From Promethearchaeati archaeon (GTDB taxonomy: Archaea; Asgardarchaeota; Heimdallarchaeia; JABLTI01): a DNA stretch of 27,523 nt. Position 1 is the stretch's first letter. Each line of letters begins with the position of its first letter. Below the pieces are notes generated by a model. The model made no database searches. It saw only the letters and a list, made by a program, of their open reading frames with translations, and had not been told where the DNA came from. Positions 1-9,061 of the stretch are shown in pieces. The translations under genes and the position numbers were made by a program. The stretch lies in the NCBI GenBank assembly GCA_013166835.1, contig JABLTI010000028.1, positions 1 to 27,523 on the forward strand, written 5' to 3'.

Positions 1-326
1 ATACAAACATATTCCTTACCAGCTGGCAATAAAGCATCAGTAATTTTAGTTGCATCCTCTAGAGCAACAGGAAGTATACCAGTAACAGCGGGATCTAAAG
101 TGCCAGAATGGCCTGCTTTCCTTAGGGTGAAGATTTTCTTAATATACGAAACAATTTCTTGACTTGTTGGATTAGGATGCTTGTCCACATTAATGACTCC
201 AAGGCGAATTAATGCATTAGCTGACCGTTCATATGGATTCAAACCGTATTTAGTGATCTCAAAATCATCTGATTTAACAACAAATTCTCTTTTTCGCTCT
301 GAGGGCAAGATATTTTTTGTAGACAT
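1..326 (-). CDS. cbf5: H/ACA RNA-guided pseudouridine synthase Cbf5 (TruB family), 5' part, runs off the window edge
   Basis: Manual translation from ATG 326 gives MSTKNILPSERKREFVVKSDDFEITKYGLNPYERSANALIRLGVINVDKHPNPTSQEIVSYIKKIFTLRKAGHSGTLDPAVTGILPVALEDATK...GKEYVC. It contains motif I (DKHPNPTS) and the catalytic motif II (GHSGTLDP). GGTGA RBS at 331-335. Follows rpl14e, as is usual in archaea. Not in the ORF track. Confidence 0.96.
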   Translation of the reverse strand, partial: MSTKNILPSERKREFVVKSDDFEITKYGLNPYERSANALIRLGVINVDKHPNPTSQEIVSYIKKIFTLRKAGHSGTLDPAVTGILPVALEDATKITDALLPAGKEYVC

Positions 327-402
327 TACATCACCAGCTGAAAAGTACCTTACATATGATTTGTTCCTAGTTATAATGTATTTCTTAAAGAAAAAATAAA
401 GT

Positions 403-424
403 CTTTCCTTTTTTTAAAGGAAAG
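403..424 (-). terminator. Hairpin CTTTCCTTT-N4-AAAGGAAAG followed by a T-rich tract on the minus strand, downstream of rpl14e
   Basis: Perfect 9-bp inverted repeat (403-411/416-424), then TTTATTTTTT on the minus strand. Confidence 0.55.
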
Positions 425-468
425 CTAGACTAGATTTATGCATTAACTATTCTTTTCTGCTCAAAGAA

Positions 469-744
469 CTAAACATTAATTTGTAAATGTTCTTTAATGA
501 AAGCTTCAAGTTTTGCAGCTTTTGCAGCAGCAAGAACATCAGCATCAGTTGCTTTACGGGTTATCTCTAGCTTTTTAGTTGTGGGTTCAAGATGACCAAT
601 ATTTACTCGTCTTCTACGAACACCGTTAAGGCTAGGAGGTCCGGTAATTAGTGCATAATTCTTATCAATTATATCTACTACAACTGCTTTTTTTAGCGCC
701 TCGCGCCCAGCAGTTTTAATTACTATTCGACCTATATCAATCAT
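469..744 (-). CDS. rpl14e: 50S ribosomal protein L14e
   Basis: MIDIGRIVIKTAGREALKKAVVVDIIDKNYALITGP...GVRRRRVNIGHLEPT is the KOW/L14e signature. Start moved to ATG 744, downstream of an AAGGAG RBS. Confidence 0.96.
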   Translation of the reverse strand: MIDIGRIVIKTAGREALKKAVVVDIIDKNYALITGPPSLNGVRRRRVNIGHLEPTTKKLEITRKATDADVLAAAKAAKLEAFIKEHLQINV

Positions 745-757
745 TTTTATTGACTCC

Positions 758-821
758 TTCACAGATTTACTTCAAATCCGATTCCCGCGTCACCTTGCGG
801 GAAAGCCTTATTGACTGTGAA
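758..821 (-). promoter_or_regulatory. Candidate structured 5' leader of rpl14e
   Basis: Outer stem TTCACAG(758-764)/CTGTGAA(815-821) encloses a GC-rich hairpin TTCCCGC(782-788)/GCGGGAA(797-803) and a small hairpin GATTT/AAATC (764-778). It abuts the Shine-Dalgarno. Confidence 0.4.
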
Positions 822-880
822 TGTAATCTCAAAAACAAATGTACCGTTTTTAACTTTTTGTGTCGAAATGAAAAGAGGAA

Positions 881-1429
881 TTAGCTTTCATTGTTGATGA
901 ATTCTTTACAAGAAGCAATGAGGATACTAACACATAATTCTCGAGGTAATCTATCGGTGCTTAGAATAATATCATAGATATCTGTGTTTTCGATGTCTAT
1001 ATTATACATGCGTTTAAATCGACGAACTTCACTTCTTGTTCGAGCGATAGTTTCCTTTCGAGCTTCCTTATAGTCTATACTATCTCTCTCAGCAATACGT
1101 TCAACTCGAGTTTTTAATGAAGCTGTAACATAGATATGTAGATCTGCAAATTCCATTGCCATCCAAGCAGCAAGTTGCCCCTCTAAAATAACATTGCCTT
1201 TCTTAGCTTCATCAATAGTTCTCTGATCGATTTCTTTGTCTATGGATTTATCGTTCTCACATTTCTTCGAAAATTCTTCGAGATTACAACTGTATTCCTT
1301 AGCTAACTCTCTGAAAGTTTGGCCAGAAGAAACATACTTGAGATTAAGTGCTTTGGCAATTGCTTGTGCATATGTACTTTTACCTGAACCATGAGGACCT
1401 GAAATCGTAATTACTACCACATTTTTCAC
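881..1429 (-). CDS. cmk: Cytidylate kinase, archaeal type
   Basis: ITISGPHGSGKST P-loop, SSGQTFRELA, ILEGQLAAW and YNIDI..YDIIL motifs. Conserved position upstream of rpl14e. Confidence 0.93.
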   Translation of the reverse strand: MKNVVVITISGPHGSGKSTYAQAIAKALNLKYVSSGQTFRELAKEYSCNLEEFSKKCENDKSIDKEIDQRTIDEAKKGNVILEGQLAAWMAMEFADLHIYVTASLKTRVERIAERDSIDYKEARKETIARTRSEVRRFKRMYNIDIENTDIYDIILSTDRLPRELCVSILIASCKEFINNES

Positions 1430-1564
1430 CGAGATAGTTAGTTTAACTTAAGAGAGATTATTTGTTTTTCCTAAATTAATACTCCTATTATTTAGATATG
1501 TTGTTCGTTCCATGGAAAAACTTTTCAATAAAAATTTTGTCATTTGCTATAAGAGGTATGCTAA

Positions 1565-3088
1565 ATGCCATCAATTACTATAACAAAAGATCAATCAGAA
1601 ATATTGAAAGTGATTGAGAAAAAAGATGAGATTTCACAGAGGGATATCATAAAAGCAACCAAATTTGATCAAGTAAAGGTTGCAAGAATAATACTTGAGC
1701 TTTCTGAAAATGGATTAGTTGATAGTATAGAAAAAACAGAGAGACAAGTTATTCTAACAAATGAAGGACAAAAATATGTTGAGAAAGGATTACCTGAAAA
1801 ACAAGTGTTTAGCATACTAAAGAAAGAGAAAGATAGAATTTTACTGGAAGATTTTAAAGAAAATTCAGGATTAGATCCTCAACTCATAAACATAGCAATT
1901 GGCTGGTTACGAAGAAAAAATTGGGCAGATTTCACTAAAGAGGGAAAGAAATCCTACATAAAAGCTAAAGAGCCAACTCAAGACATTGATGAAGAAGTTA
2001 TTCGAGATGTTGCAAAGAAAGATATTGCTGAGAAGCTTGGACAACCATCAATTGAAGATAGTATTAAAAATTTAAAGAAAAGAGGAATTCTAGAAGTTAT
2101 TGAAACAAGAAGCAGAATTGCTAAACTCACTTCTGAAGGATTAAAACTACTAAAAGAGGGAATCAAAGTCCAAGCAAAAATGGAGACAACTTTAACTCCA
2201 AAAATGATAATAACAGGAAGTTGGAAAAAGAAAAAATTCAAACCTTATGACCCTACAGAAGATGTTCCAATCACCTATTTTGGCAGAAAACATCCTGTAA
2301 TTGAAGTTATCAATGAATTGAGAGAAATTTTTCTTGAAATGGGTTTCAAAGAAATTAGAGGACCCATTATCGAATCAGAGTTCTGGAACTTTGATGCGTT
2401 ATTTCAACCACAGGATCACCCAGCGAGAGAATTAGCAGACACTTTCAAAATCGCTAAACCAAGTAAAGCGAAGTTACCTGCTAAAGATTTGGTTGATGTT
2501 GTTGCTAAAACCCATGAGAATGGTTGGAAAACAAAAAGTACAGGTTGGGGTTATAAATGGCAAATGAGCGAAGCAGAAAAGTTATGTCTTCGGACCCACA
2601 CAACTGCTACAACATGTAGGCATTTGTCAAAAGCTTATAAAGAGTGGACTCCACCGGAAAAAGTTTTCTCTATTGATAGGGTATATAGAAATGAAGCTAT
2701 TGATTACACACATTTAGCTGAATTTATGCAATTTGAAGGTATTATTGTTGATGAAAAAGTTACTCTAAGAGATCTCATGGGAAATTTGAAAACATTCTAT
2801 GGAAAAATGGGTTTCAAGAAAATACGATTAATTCCATCATTCTATCCTTATACCGAACCATCAATGTCCACACTGATTTATGTTGACAAATTCAAAACAT
2901 GGATTGAAATGGGAGGGTCGGGTATTTTCAGACCAGAAGTTACATTGCCCTTTGGGGTAAAAGAAAAAGTACTAGCATGGGGACAAGGATTAGATCGATT
3001 AGTCATGTTGAAACTAGATTTAGATGACATCAGAGAAGTCTATAGCACCAATATTGATCGTTTGAGAAAAACTCCAATCGTCTTTTGA
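1565..3088 (+). CDS. pheS: Phenylalanine-tRNA ligase alpha subunit (archaeal/eukaryotic type with N-terminal winged-helix domains)
   Basis: FWNFDALFQPQDHPARE, LRTHTTA, motif 2 YRNE..D.THL.EF.Q.EG, FYPYTEPS and motif 3 GQGLDRL. Confidence 0.97.
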   Translation: MPSITITKDQSEILKVIEKKDEISQRDIIKATKFDQVKVARIILELSENGLVDSIEKTERQVILTNEGQKYVEKGLPEKQVFSILKKEKDRILLEDFKENSGLDPQLINIAIGWLRRKNWADFTKEGKKSYIKAKEPTQDIDEEVIRDVAKKDIAEKLGQPSIEDSIKNLKKRGILEVIETRSRIAKLTSEGLKLLKEGIKVQAKMETTLTPKMIITGSWKKKKFKPYDPTEDVPITYFGRKHPVIEVINELREIFLEMGFKEIRGPIIESEFWNFDALFQPQDHPARELADTFKIAKPSKAKLPAKDLVDVVAKTHENGWKTKSTGWGYKWQMSEAEKLCLRTHTTATTCRHLSKAYKEWTPPEKVFSIDRVYRNEAIDYTHLAEFMQFEGIIVDEKVTLRDLMGNLKTFYGKMGFKKIRLIPSFYPYTEPSMSTLIYVDKFKTWIEMGGSGIFRPEVTLPFGVKEKVLAWGQGLDRLVMLKLDLDDIREVYSTNIDRLRKTPIVF

Positions 3089-3114
3089 GATAATTATGCT
3101 CTTAAGAAATCTCA

Positions 3115-4776
3115 TTAGAGTTTTTCTACTTCTATTTCAAATGCTCCAACAGGATTTTCAAGCTCAAAATTATTTAGCACTTCTGGGTGAATTTCACCAA
3201 AAACTCCTACTTTCATATTTTTAACCATGATCTTAGCACAACGTCCTTCAAAGAAACTCGGATGTTCAGTAGCTTCTAATTTATATTTTGAAACACCAAG
3301 TGCTTTTAGAATTGCTTCAACATTCGATTTCATTTCTACAAAATCTACTTTTGAATGTATGATTACACCACTGAGGTATATTTCTCGAGTAGTACTAGTT
3401 TCTAATTTTTCATCTATACGGAAAATGTCACCAACATCAAATATTTTCTGTGGTAGTGAATATGGTTTATTTTTCTGGAGGATATTCACTAAACTAGGAA
3501 TTAAGCTATCACGAATGATATTAAACTCACGACTTACTGGGTTTAGGAGTTCTATTGGAATGCCTGAAGTCCTCATTTTTTTGTAATGCCAATCTTTCGA
3601 GACCAAAGTCCAACTGACAACTTCAATGAAACCTAAGCCTGCAAGGATATCCCTGCACTTATTTTGTAATTTGAAAACAGGATGCTGTTCTCCAACTTGA
3701 ACTATATCATCTAGTAGGGGTTCCATTAAATGATAACCATAAGATATTGCAATATCTTCTATAAGATCAACTTCATGTAAAATGTCAACCCGGAAAGACG
3801 GGACATCAACGGAAATTTTTTGGTTATCTTTACTTGCTGTTTTGGATATGCCAAAACGTGATCTCTTTAGGTGCTTCTCAATTTCTTCGCGGGTAAGGTC
3901 AAGTCCAAGGATTTCCTTCACATATTTTTGTCTTAGCATCCAAGTTTCAGTAGCAAATGTAGGGGTAACAATTTTCTTTCCATCAGGATATTCTACAGTA
4001 ACAGTTTCAACTTGATAACCTTCTTCTGCAAAAGAGCTAGTTAATATTTCTAAAGCGTTTTTTACTGCTTTAACATCAGTTCCTGTTGCATCAATAAATA
4101 GATCAGTTGTTTTTTCAGTAACGAGTGTAAGCACACCATTGATTATAGGTGGAAAAGATAAAACTCCATCATTCTTATCTACCAAAAAAGGAACAATGCC
4201 TTCTGGATTTACAAGATGAGCATATTTAATCCCCTTTGGATGCTCTGTACAAATCTGTTTGGGGGTCATTTCGGTTTCTTCACCGAGAGGAAGAAAAGCA
4301 TAAGTGTTTGCATCAACTCCAAAATATCGATAGGGACCTTGAATATCGCGCATATCATGAATTCCAATACTTACTTTCTTACGATCTCTACCAATAACCC
4401 AGTGAAGTGTTTCTTGGGTATTCATTAATTCAGCAATATTATCTGCATCAAATGAAACATTCCGAACAATGGCACATTGAATATAAGGTCTAACTTTTGA
4501 AACAGATTTTTCAACTTTAACTGTAACGCCACTATTTTTCAGAGTATATTTTGGAAGACCAATTTCAAAATTAGCTATCCCTTTAACAGCTCTAGCGAAG
4601 CCAGCTATACTGCAATAATCAGGACGGTTTGGATTATATTCTGCTTTTATTCCGTCTTCTCGTTTATCGTCAATATCAGCTCCTAATTGTAGAGAATACT
4701 CTTCAAGCTCGTCTAAGGTTAAATCCTTGCCAATGAGCTTGTTAATGCGTTTTAAGGGAATATCAATAACGGGCAT
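3115..4776 (-). CDS. pheT: Phenylalanine-tRNA ligase beta subunit (archaeal type)
   Basis: MPVIDI start (ATG 4776), PNRPD, VRPYI, GRDRKKVSIGIHD, LSFPPIIN, FRVDILHEVDLIEDIAISYGY and GEIHPEVL. Confidence 0.97.
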   Translation of the reverse strand: MPVIDIPLKRINKLIGKDLTLDELEEYSLQLGADIDDKREDGIKAEYNPNRPDYCSIAGFARAVKGIANFEIGLPKYTLKNSGVTVKVEKSVSKVRPYIQCAIVRNVSFDADNIAELMNTQETLHWVIGRDRKKVSIGIHDMRDIQGPYRYFGVDANTYAFLPLGEETEMTPKQICTEHPKGIKYAHLVNPEGIVPFLVDKNDGVLSFPPIINGVLTLVTEKTTDLFIDATGTDVKAVKNALEILTSSFAEEGYQVETVTVEYPDGKKIVTPTFATETWMLRQKYVKEILGLDLTREEIEKHLKRSRFGISKTASKDNQKISVDVPSFRVDILHEVDLIEDIAISYGYHLMEPLLDDIVQVGEQHPVFKLQNKCRDILAGLGFIEVVSWTLVSKDWHYKKMRTSGIPIELLNPVSREFNIIRDSLIPSLVNILQKNKPYSLPQKIFDVGDIFRIDEKLETSTTREIYLSGVIIHSKVDFVEMKSNVEAILKALGVSKYKLEATEHPSFFEGRCAKIMVKNMKVGVFGEIHPEVLNNFELENPVGAFEIEVEKL

Positions 4777-4932
4777 AACTGACCAATCCAAGTTGATATG
4801 ATATACTTTTGAGGAAGTCTATACAAATTAAAGTTTTGCGTAAAATATTGACAATTTAAAGATTCAAGTAAAAAAGAATCCTTAAATGCTAAAAAACCGT
4901 TGTTGTAAAAAAGGAGTAAAAAGTGATTAACT

Positions 4933-5292
4933 ATGAATTTTTTCAAAAGAATTTTCACAAAAAGAAAGAAAGGAATAGGACAGGAAATTAAGAAACCAGC
5001 TACTATAGAGAGAATGGCAGCTCCTGAAACAATAAAAGAGGGAGAAACTTTGAGAATAGTTGTGAGTGGACATTTCTCAAACCTTGGCTGGAGCTTAGAT
5101 GAAGCAGAAGCAAATACAAAAAAGAATGATGTTACAGTAACAGTCATAGGGAAAAAGAAGACAGGAGTAATGTCAGCTCAAGCTCTAAAGCCATATAAAA
5201 CAACAGTTGAGATTAAGAAACTCAAGAAAGGTAGATATAAAATTAAAGCAGCAAAAGGACCTGCAGGTACTTTAGAATTAGAAGTGAAATAG
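4933..5292 (+). CDS. Small basic hypothetical protein, probable beta-sandwich (possibly PrcB-C/protease-inhibitor-like)
   Basis: Clean ORF with a GTGA RBS-like element upstream, alternating beta-strand pattern and a G..MSAQALKPY segment. The family assignment is a weak recollection only. Confidence 0.6.
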   Translation: MNFFKRIFTKRKKGIGQEIKKPATIERMAAPETIKEGETLRIVVSGHFSNLGWSLDEAEANTKKNDVTVTVIGKKKTGVMSAQALKPYKTTVEIKKLKKGRYKIKAAKGPAGTLELEVK

Positions 5293-5309
5293 AAAATTAG
5301 GTGTAGAAA

Positions 5310-6311
5310 ATGAATTTATCGAAAATTGAAGGATTAAAAGCATTAGAAAAAGGAGAGTCTCTAGAACCTACCCCATTTGCTGTTTGGCGACATTTCCCAG
5401 TTGATGATTTATACGCAGACAAATTAGCAAAGAAACAACTTGATTATCTCGAGAAATTTGATTCCCTTGTAATAAAAGTGAGTCCCAATGGCAGATATTG
5501 TGTTGTTGATTGGGGGTGCGAAATCGCTTTCGATGAAAATAAAATGTCAGGATCTGCTTACTGTACAAATTATAGAATTAAAACTATAGATGATTGGTCT
5601 ACCTTAGAAGAATTAGATATTAATCAAGGGATGTTTGGAGAGCAATTACAAGCATTAAAACTCATCAATGAAGGAATGAAAATTCCAACGCCATTTGTTG
5701 AAACCGTTTTTAATCCGCTCATGGTTGCTGCGAAACTGGTGGAAACAAGAGAGTTATTTGTACAATCCATGAGAGAGAATCCAAAAGTTTTCCATGATGG
5801 AATGAAAACAATTACAAAAGTTATGACTGAGTTCTCTAAAGCATCAATTGATAATGGAGCAGCAGGATTGTTTCTAGCAACCCAAGAAGCAACTACCGAT
5901 CTATTAACAAGGGAAGAATATACAGAATTTGGTATGAATTATGATTTGGATTTATTAAAGGCAATTGAAAAGAAAGCAGAGTTTAATGTCGTCCATATCC
6001 ATGGAGATAATATTATGTTTGATCTTATAGCTGAAAACTATAAAGTACAAGCATTGAATTGGCATGATCAGCTAACAGCACCAACAATTGGTGAAGCGTT
6101 CAAGAAGTTCAAAGGCATAATAATGGGTGGAATTGAGGAAAAGCAATTCTTGCTTGAAGCTTCAAATGAAGAATTACTCTTAAAAATTCAAGAAGTAATA
6201 GATTCTGTTAATGGTCAAAGGTTGATTATTGCTCCAGGTTGTGTTATACCAATAAATATTCCCGACGAAAAAGTTCAGGTAATAATTGATTATTTAAGCA
6301 AAAAAAACTAA
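5310..6311 (+). CDS. Uroporphyrinogen decarboxylase / MtaA-CmuA superfamily TIM-barrel protein
   Basis: P..VWRHF, ETVFNPL, GAAGLFLA, EYTEFG..YD, VHIHG, ALNW, IMGGI and LIIAPGC.IP motifs. Confidence 0.85.
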   Translation: MNLSKIEGLKALEKGESLEPTPFAVWRHFPVDDLYADKLAKKQLDYLEKFDSLVIKVSPNGRYCVVDWGCEIAFDENKMSGSAYCTNYRIKTIDDWSTLEELDINQGMFGEQLQALKLINEGMKIPTPFVETVFNPLMVAAKLVETRELFVQSMRENPKVFHDGMKTITKVMTEFSKASIDNGAAGLFLATQEATTDLLTREEYTEFGMNYDLDLLKAIEKKAEFNVVHIHGDNIMFDLIAENYKVQALNWHDQLTAPTIGEAFKKFKGIIMGGIEEKQFLLEASNEELLLKIQEVIDSVNGQRLIIAPGCVIPINIPDEKVQVIIDYLSKKN

Positions 6312-6352
6312 AACTCAGCATTAGACAGAGGAATAAATCCATAGAAACCAAA

Positions 6353-6420
6353 AAATGTTTAAATTATTTTTAACATTTAAATAATTTGGAGAACATAACC
6401 GATTTTAATTACTTAAGTAA
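6353..6420. promoter_or_regulatory. Candidate operator palindromes upstream of the ArsR-like regulator
   Basis: AAATGTTTAAA-N4-TTTTAACATTT (6353-6378, 1 mismatch) and perfect TTACTTAAGTAA (6409-6420). The region is AT-rich, so chance occurrence is possible. Confidence 0.3.
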
Positions 6421-6482
6421 ATTATTTATAAGACAAAAATAGTAGTAACACGGAAAAGTGATAAGGCTTCCTAAGTGAAAGG

Positions 6483-7157
6483 ATGGTAAAATCAAGAATG
6501 AGCTCAAAGCGTACCGAAATGGACGATGAAGAAATACTAAATAGTGAAAACGCAAGTAGTGCAGTTAAAATTGTTACTGATCCCGAAAAAATAAAAATTT
6601 TAGTTGACCCAATGCGCAGGAAAATATTGGGAACAATGCGCGAGGGATTGGAAAACGAAGATGGAATAATTAGGAAAGAAATGACCGTACCAGAGATTGC
6701 TAGAAAACTAGGTGTTTCTGCTCCAAAATGTTATCATCATTTAGATCTTTTAGTAGAAAATGGATTTGTCAGAGTAGCTAAAGAGGAGAAGAAGAAACGA
6801 ACTTCTATCACATATTATGAAAGAACCTCACCAGCTTTTGTTTTAGCAAGTTCAATAGATGAACTAGAACGAAAAGAAGGGATAAGGGAAAGCCCTCTAA
6901 TTATGTTCATAAACGAAGGTTTCATGCTTGGACTAACAGATAAAGAGCAAGAAGAAGCTCAGAAACTAATAGATGAGTTTACTGAAAGAAATCATAAATA
7001 TATAATAAAAGCTGCTCAACAATTTAAAGGGAAGATTCCTGATGAACGAATGAGAGCTGTTTTAGGATTTGTATCAAATCAATACGCATCTCAAGATAAA
7101 AGGTGTATAGAAATCCGAAAGGAATTGAACAAATACCTCAAAATTGATTTAGAGTAA
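6483..7157 (+). CDS. ArsR/HTH_20-like winged-helix transcriptional regulator with C-terminal helical domain
   Basis: KILVDPMRRKIL...MTVPEIARKLGVSAPKCYHHLDLLVENGFV...YYERT. The true start may be ATG 6498 or 6519. Confidence 0.85.
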   Translation: MVKSRMSSKRTEMDDEEILNSENASSAVKIVTDPEKIKILVDPMRRKILGTMREGLENEDGIIRKEMTVPEIARKLGVSAPKCYHHLDLLVENGFVRVAKEEKKKRTSITYYERTSPAFVLASSIDELERKEGIRESPLIMFINEGFMLGLTDKEQEEAQKLIDEFTERNHKYIIKAAQQFKGKIPDERMRAVLGFVSNQYASQDKRCIEIRKELNKYLKIDLE

Positions 7158-7172
7158 GACATTGGAAAATAA

Positions 7173-7203
7173 CCTACCAATTAACTACCATTAATTGGTT
7201 AGG
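7173..7203 (+). terminator. Hairpin downstream of the ArsR-like gene
   Basis: ACCAATTAA(7176-7184)/TTAATTGGT(7191-7199), extendable by CCT/AGG, followed by TTTATTTCTTT. Confidence 0.4.
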
Positions 7204-7267
7204 GAAAATCTTTATTTCTTTAGAATTGTTTCAATCCTTTAGGTCATTTCAGGATGTGTTTTCTTAT

Positions 7268-8092
7268 ATGAAAATAGGTGTTACAATAGAACCTTACGAA
7301 GGGATAGCAGCGGGACATTTGGTTCCTTTTGCGAAAGCAATAGAATTAGACCACATAGAAATTAATGTCAATATTTTGCCAGACATAGATGGGGTTCTAG
7401 AAAACATAGATAATCTTACAACAACTTTTCATATGCCAATATTTGATGTGGAAGGATATGATCCAGGCTCAAAAGGTAAAAAGTATGCGAAAAAGATGGA
7501 TGAAATTATTTCATTTATTAATAAATACCATAAAAAATTGAATATGCTCTATACCTTGGCACATCCTCCTGAATCTTCTAATTCCGAATTTAATCTTTTG
7601 ATTGAAAGATTGCAACAAGTAGATACACCAATTATACTCGAGAATATACCTTGGCAACCGGATAGTGAATTCATGGATTTCTATTTCAAAGCAAAAGATG
7701 TGTTAGGTAAGCAACTAGCAGGACACGCAATAGATGGACCACATCGATTTTTGACCGATACTGAAAATTGGTTGGATGTGCCTGAAGAATTAACAAAAGA
7801 GATTGTTTACGTGCATTTACAAGATACCGGTAAAGAAAAAGATGATCATCTTCCCTTAGGACAAGGAGAAATGCCCTATCAAGATTTCTTGCGATTCTTA
7901 AAACGAATAGGATACAAAGGAGTAATTAATCAAGAAATCAAGCCAAAAGGACTTGATATTGTAAGCATAATGAATTCTTGTTTGAATATCTTGAAGATTG
8001 TTAACAAAGGACGTTTTCTAAAATTAAAAGCAAAATATGCGATTATGAAACCAATCATTAAGAAGAAAATAAGAGAAGCAGCTAAATCTTGA
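7268..8092 (+). CDS. Xylose isomerase-like / AP endonuclease 2 TIM-barrel protein, paralog 1
   Basis: MKIGVTIEP start (ATG 7268, matching the paralog starts), FHMP, HPPE, ILEN, GHAIDGPH, YVHLQD..DDHLPLGQGEMP and NQE metal-ligand motifs. Confidence 0.85.
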   Translation: MKIGVTIEPYEGIAAGHLVPFAKAIELDHIEINVNILPDIDGVLENIDNLTTTFHMPIFDVEGYDPGSKGKKYAKKMDEIISFINKYHKKLNMLYTLAHPPESSNSEFNLLIERLQQVDTPIILENIPWQPDSEFMDFYFKAKDVLGKQLAGHAIDGPHRFLTDTENWLDVPEELTKEIVYVHLQDTGKEKDDHLPLGQGEMPYQDFLRFLKRIGYKGVINQEIKPKGLDIVSIMNSCLNILKIVNKGRFLKLKAKYAIMKPIIKKKIREAAKS

Positions 8093-8140
8093 TGAACATT
8101 TGTAACTATTTAAATTAAAATTGATTAGTAAAGAATTGTC

Positions 8141-9025
8141 ATGAAATTAGGTATGACTTTAGAACCGTTTAGAGGTATGTCTGTTAAGCAAGTAGTTCCT
8201 CTGCTGAGATTGCTTGATTTAAATCATTTTGAGATTAACATGACTATGATACCGAAAATTGATGAATTTGTAAAGAGTTTACACAAGAAGACAACAACAT
8301 TTCATCTCCCAATATATAGTAGATTTTTTTACGATATTGGTACTCAGAATCCAAATTATCAGATGAAAATAGAGCAATTAATTGATTTCTTGAATTACAA
8401 TAAAGAGAGATTAAATATAAAATATGTCTTAACTCACCCTCCAGAAGATCCAAGCTCAAGCAATCACTCAATTATTGAGAAACTAGAACAAATAAATGTA
8501 CCAATATTAATTGAGAATGTTTTGGGGCAATCTGACGAGAATTTTATGGAGTTCTATTTTCAAGCTAAAGATCTCCTAGGGAGAAAACTAGCGGGGCATG
8601 CTATTGATGCACCTCATAGATTTATAACTCATAATAAGAAATGGTTAGACATTCCGGAAGAAATCAAAAAGGAAATTGAATATGTGCATATCTCAGATTG
8701 TACAAAATATGCTGATTTGCATTTACCTCTTGGACTCGGAGAATTACCATATGATGAATTCTTCTCTTATCTAAAAAATATAGGATTTCGAGGAATTATT
8801 CTGCAAGAAGTAATTCCAACAATTGACCAATTAAGCTCACTCCTAGATTCTTTCTTAGCAAGCGTGAAACCGTTTTCATTGAATAGATATAGAAAATTGA
8901 AGATCCTCTATGGACTTACTAAACCCATGATAAATCTCGCAGTTAATACTTCTTTTAAAGAATTAAGAAAAAGTGGCCATGGATTGCATACTCAAGATTT
9001 AGCATTTGAACTTGTTTCACACTAG
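8141..9025 (+). CDS. Xylose isomerase-like / AP endonuclease 2 TIM-barrel protein, paralog 2
   Basis: MKLGMTLEP, FHLP, HPPE, LIEN, GHAIDAPH, YVHISD..DLHLPLGLGELP and LQE. Confidence 0.85.
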   Translation: MKLGMTLEPFRGMSVKQVVPLLRLLDLNHFEINMTMIPKIDEFVKSLHKKTTTFHLPIYSRFFYDIGTQNPNYQMKIEQLIDFLNYNKERLNIKYVLTHPPEDPSSSNHSIIEKLEQINVPILIENVLGQSDENFMEFYFQAKDLLGRKLAGHAIDAPHRFITHNKKWLDIPEEIKKEIEYVHISDCTKYADLHLPLGLGELPYDEFFSYLKNIGFRGIILQEVIPTIDQLSSLLDSFLASVKPFSLNRYRKLKILYGLTKPMINLAVNTSFKELRKSGHGLHTQDLAFELVSH

Positions 9026-9061
9026 TAAAATGGAAAACAGAATTTTTCTGTAGTTTGCTTT

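Noticed and set aside
181-399. 72-aa plus-strand ORF
   Set aside because: Antisense shadow of cbf5, which has clear catalytic motifs on the minus strand.
782-803. Hairpin as a SECIS element or H/ACA guide RNA
   Set aside because: No in-frame TGA in neighbouring genes, and no ACA box directly 3' of the stem or clear K-turn. Kept only as a leader candidate.
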